64,000 nucleotides of DNA from a virus, in the IMG/VR virus record IMGVR_UViG_3300025784_000008; one strand, given 5' to 3'. The position numbers and the translations under genes are program-made. Of the stretch, positions 63,306 to 64,000 are shown in pieces; the stretch's first letter is position 1; the number at the start of each line of letters is the position of its first letter. The notes under the pieces are model-generated. The model had not been told where the DNA came from, did no database searches, and saw only the letters and a program-made list of their open reading frames with translations.

Positions 63306-63731
63306 CTAGTCCCAGGCGCGAGCTCCGACGGTGTCCTTGTCCATGGTCTTCTGGATGTAGAAGTAGAGCGTGGTGTCAGCCAGGACGTTGAACAGGTGGT
63401 CAGCGTGTTCAGGGTGACGGAGCAACAGAGGCTCGCCGTTTTTCGGCCGGACGAAGTAGGTTCCTTCCGGAGTCTTGTGGACGTGGAAGGATCCAATCAG
63501 GACGTGGTTCTTGGCGATCTCCAGTTTCTTGCTCGGCTTCTTGTCGGTTTCGAAGTTGATGGCGTGCTCCGGGAGCTCGCCGTTTGACAACGTCAGGAAG
63601 TATACGTCACCCTGGCGAGACTTCTCATGGAGCCCCATGGAGTAACGGCGCTCTTCTTTGGATGCCTTGGCGGCATCTTCGGCCACCAAGGTCATGGCTT
63701 CGGCGACTTCCGGCAGTGTTTTCGTGGTCAT
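63306..63731 (-). CDS. hypothetical protein
   Basis: 141-aa ORF. Confidence 0.5.
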   Translation of the reverse strand: MTTKTLPEVAEAMTLVAEDAAKASKEERRYSMGLHEKSRQGDVYFLTLSNGELPEHAINFETDKKPSKKLEIAKNHVLIGSFHVHKTPEGTYFVRPKNGEPLLLRHPEHADHLFNVLADTTLYFYIQKTMDKDTVGARAWD

Positions 63732-63744
63732 CTCTTTATCCTCA

Positions 63745-64000
63745 ACTTTCAGCTACGAACTCATCAGAGTTCGCGATGTTTATGATGGTGTTTCTGACCT
63801 GTCTTGGAAGAAAGTTGTCAATGCTCAATGCGCTCAGTGTAGCACCAGCTTCCGCGCAGGTGGTGATCTCGTTCCGGCCCATAGTAACGTCAGGAACTGA
63901 GAGAACGTACTGTTTTTCCGTGCTTCCGTCGTGACAAATGAGGTACTTCTGATTGTCGTCCAGATCAAGGACGAGGGCTCGATGGATCTTCTTGTCGATG
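63745..64000 (-). CDS. partial gene (C-terminal part; the N-terminus lies beyond the window edge)
   Basis: Minus-strand frame open from the window end to TGA at 63742-63744. Confidence 0.4.

Overview
This 64 kb window looks like a contiguous piece of a large double-stranded DNA phage genome, either a virion genome or an integrated copy. Coding density is very high, with about 130 mostly short ORFs. I found no rRNA, no tRNA and no CRISPR array. Four strand blocks are visible. A rightward block (1-10256) carries a DnaA-domain-IV-like protein, an HNH endonuclease and four tandem CxxCxGxG zinc-finger paralogs. A long leftward block (10310-51471) has about 90 small early or middle-type genes. Among these small genes are a nucleotide-metabolism set (dCTP deaminase, HAD phosphatase, NUDIX, metallophosphoesterase, HD-domain alarmone-hydrolase-like, DEDD exonuclease, AAA+ ATPase) and many zinc-ribbon and membrane proteins. 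A rightward structural block (51520-61932) carries beta-helix tail-spike-like and tail-fibre-like genes and three translationally coupled paralogs. A final leftward block (62182-end) includes an SPFH/band-7 lipoprotein. The most conspicuous non-coding signal is a 21-22 bp dyad-symmetric element, TGGCTGCAGA-N-TCTGCAGCCA, with a GANTC site at its centre and CTGCAG at both ends. It is present in 10 dispersed copies. Almost every copy sits at a gene boundary next to a rho-independent terminator and a conserved ACGGCCTAAGAAGGTG-like motif that lies 8-45 nt upstream of start codons. That motif is a candidate phage-specific promoter or leader. All functional calls are inferred from motifs I recognised by eye in the translated ORFs. 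No database search was possible.
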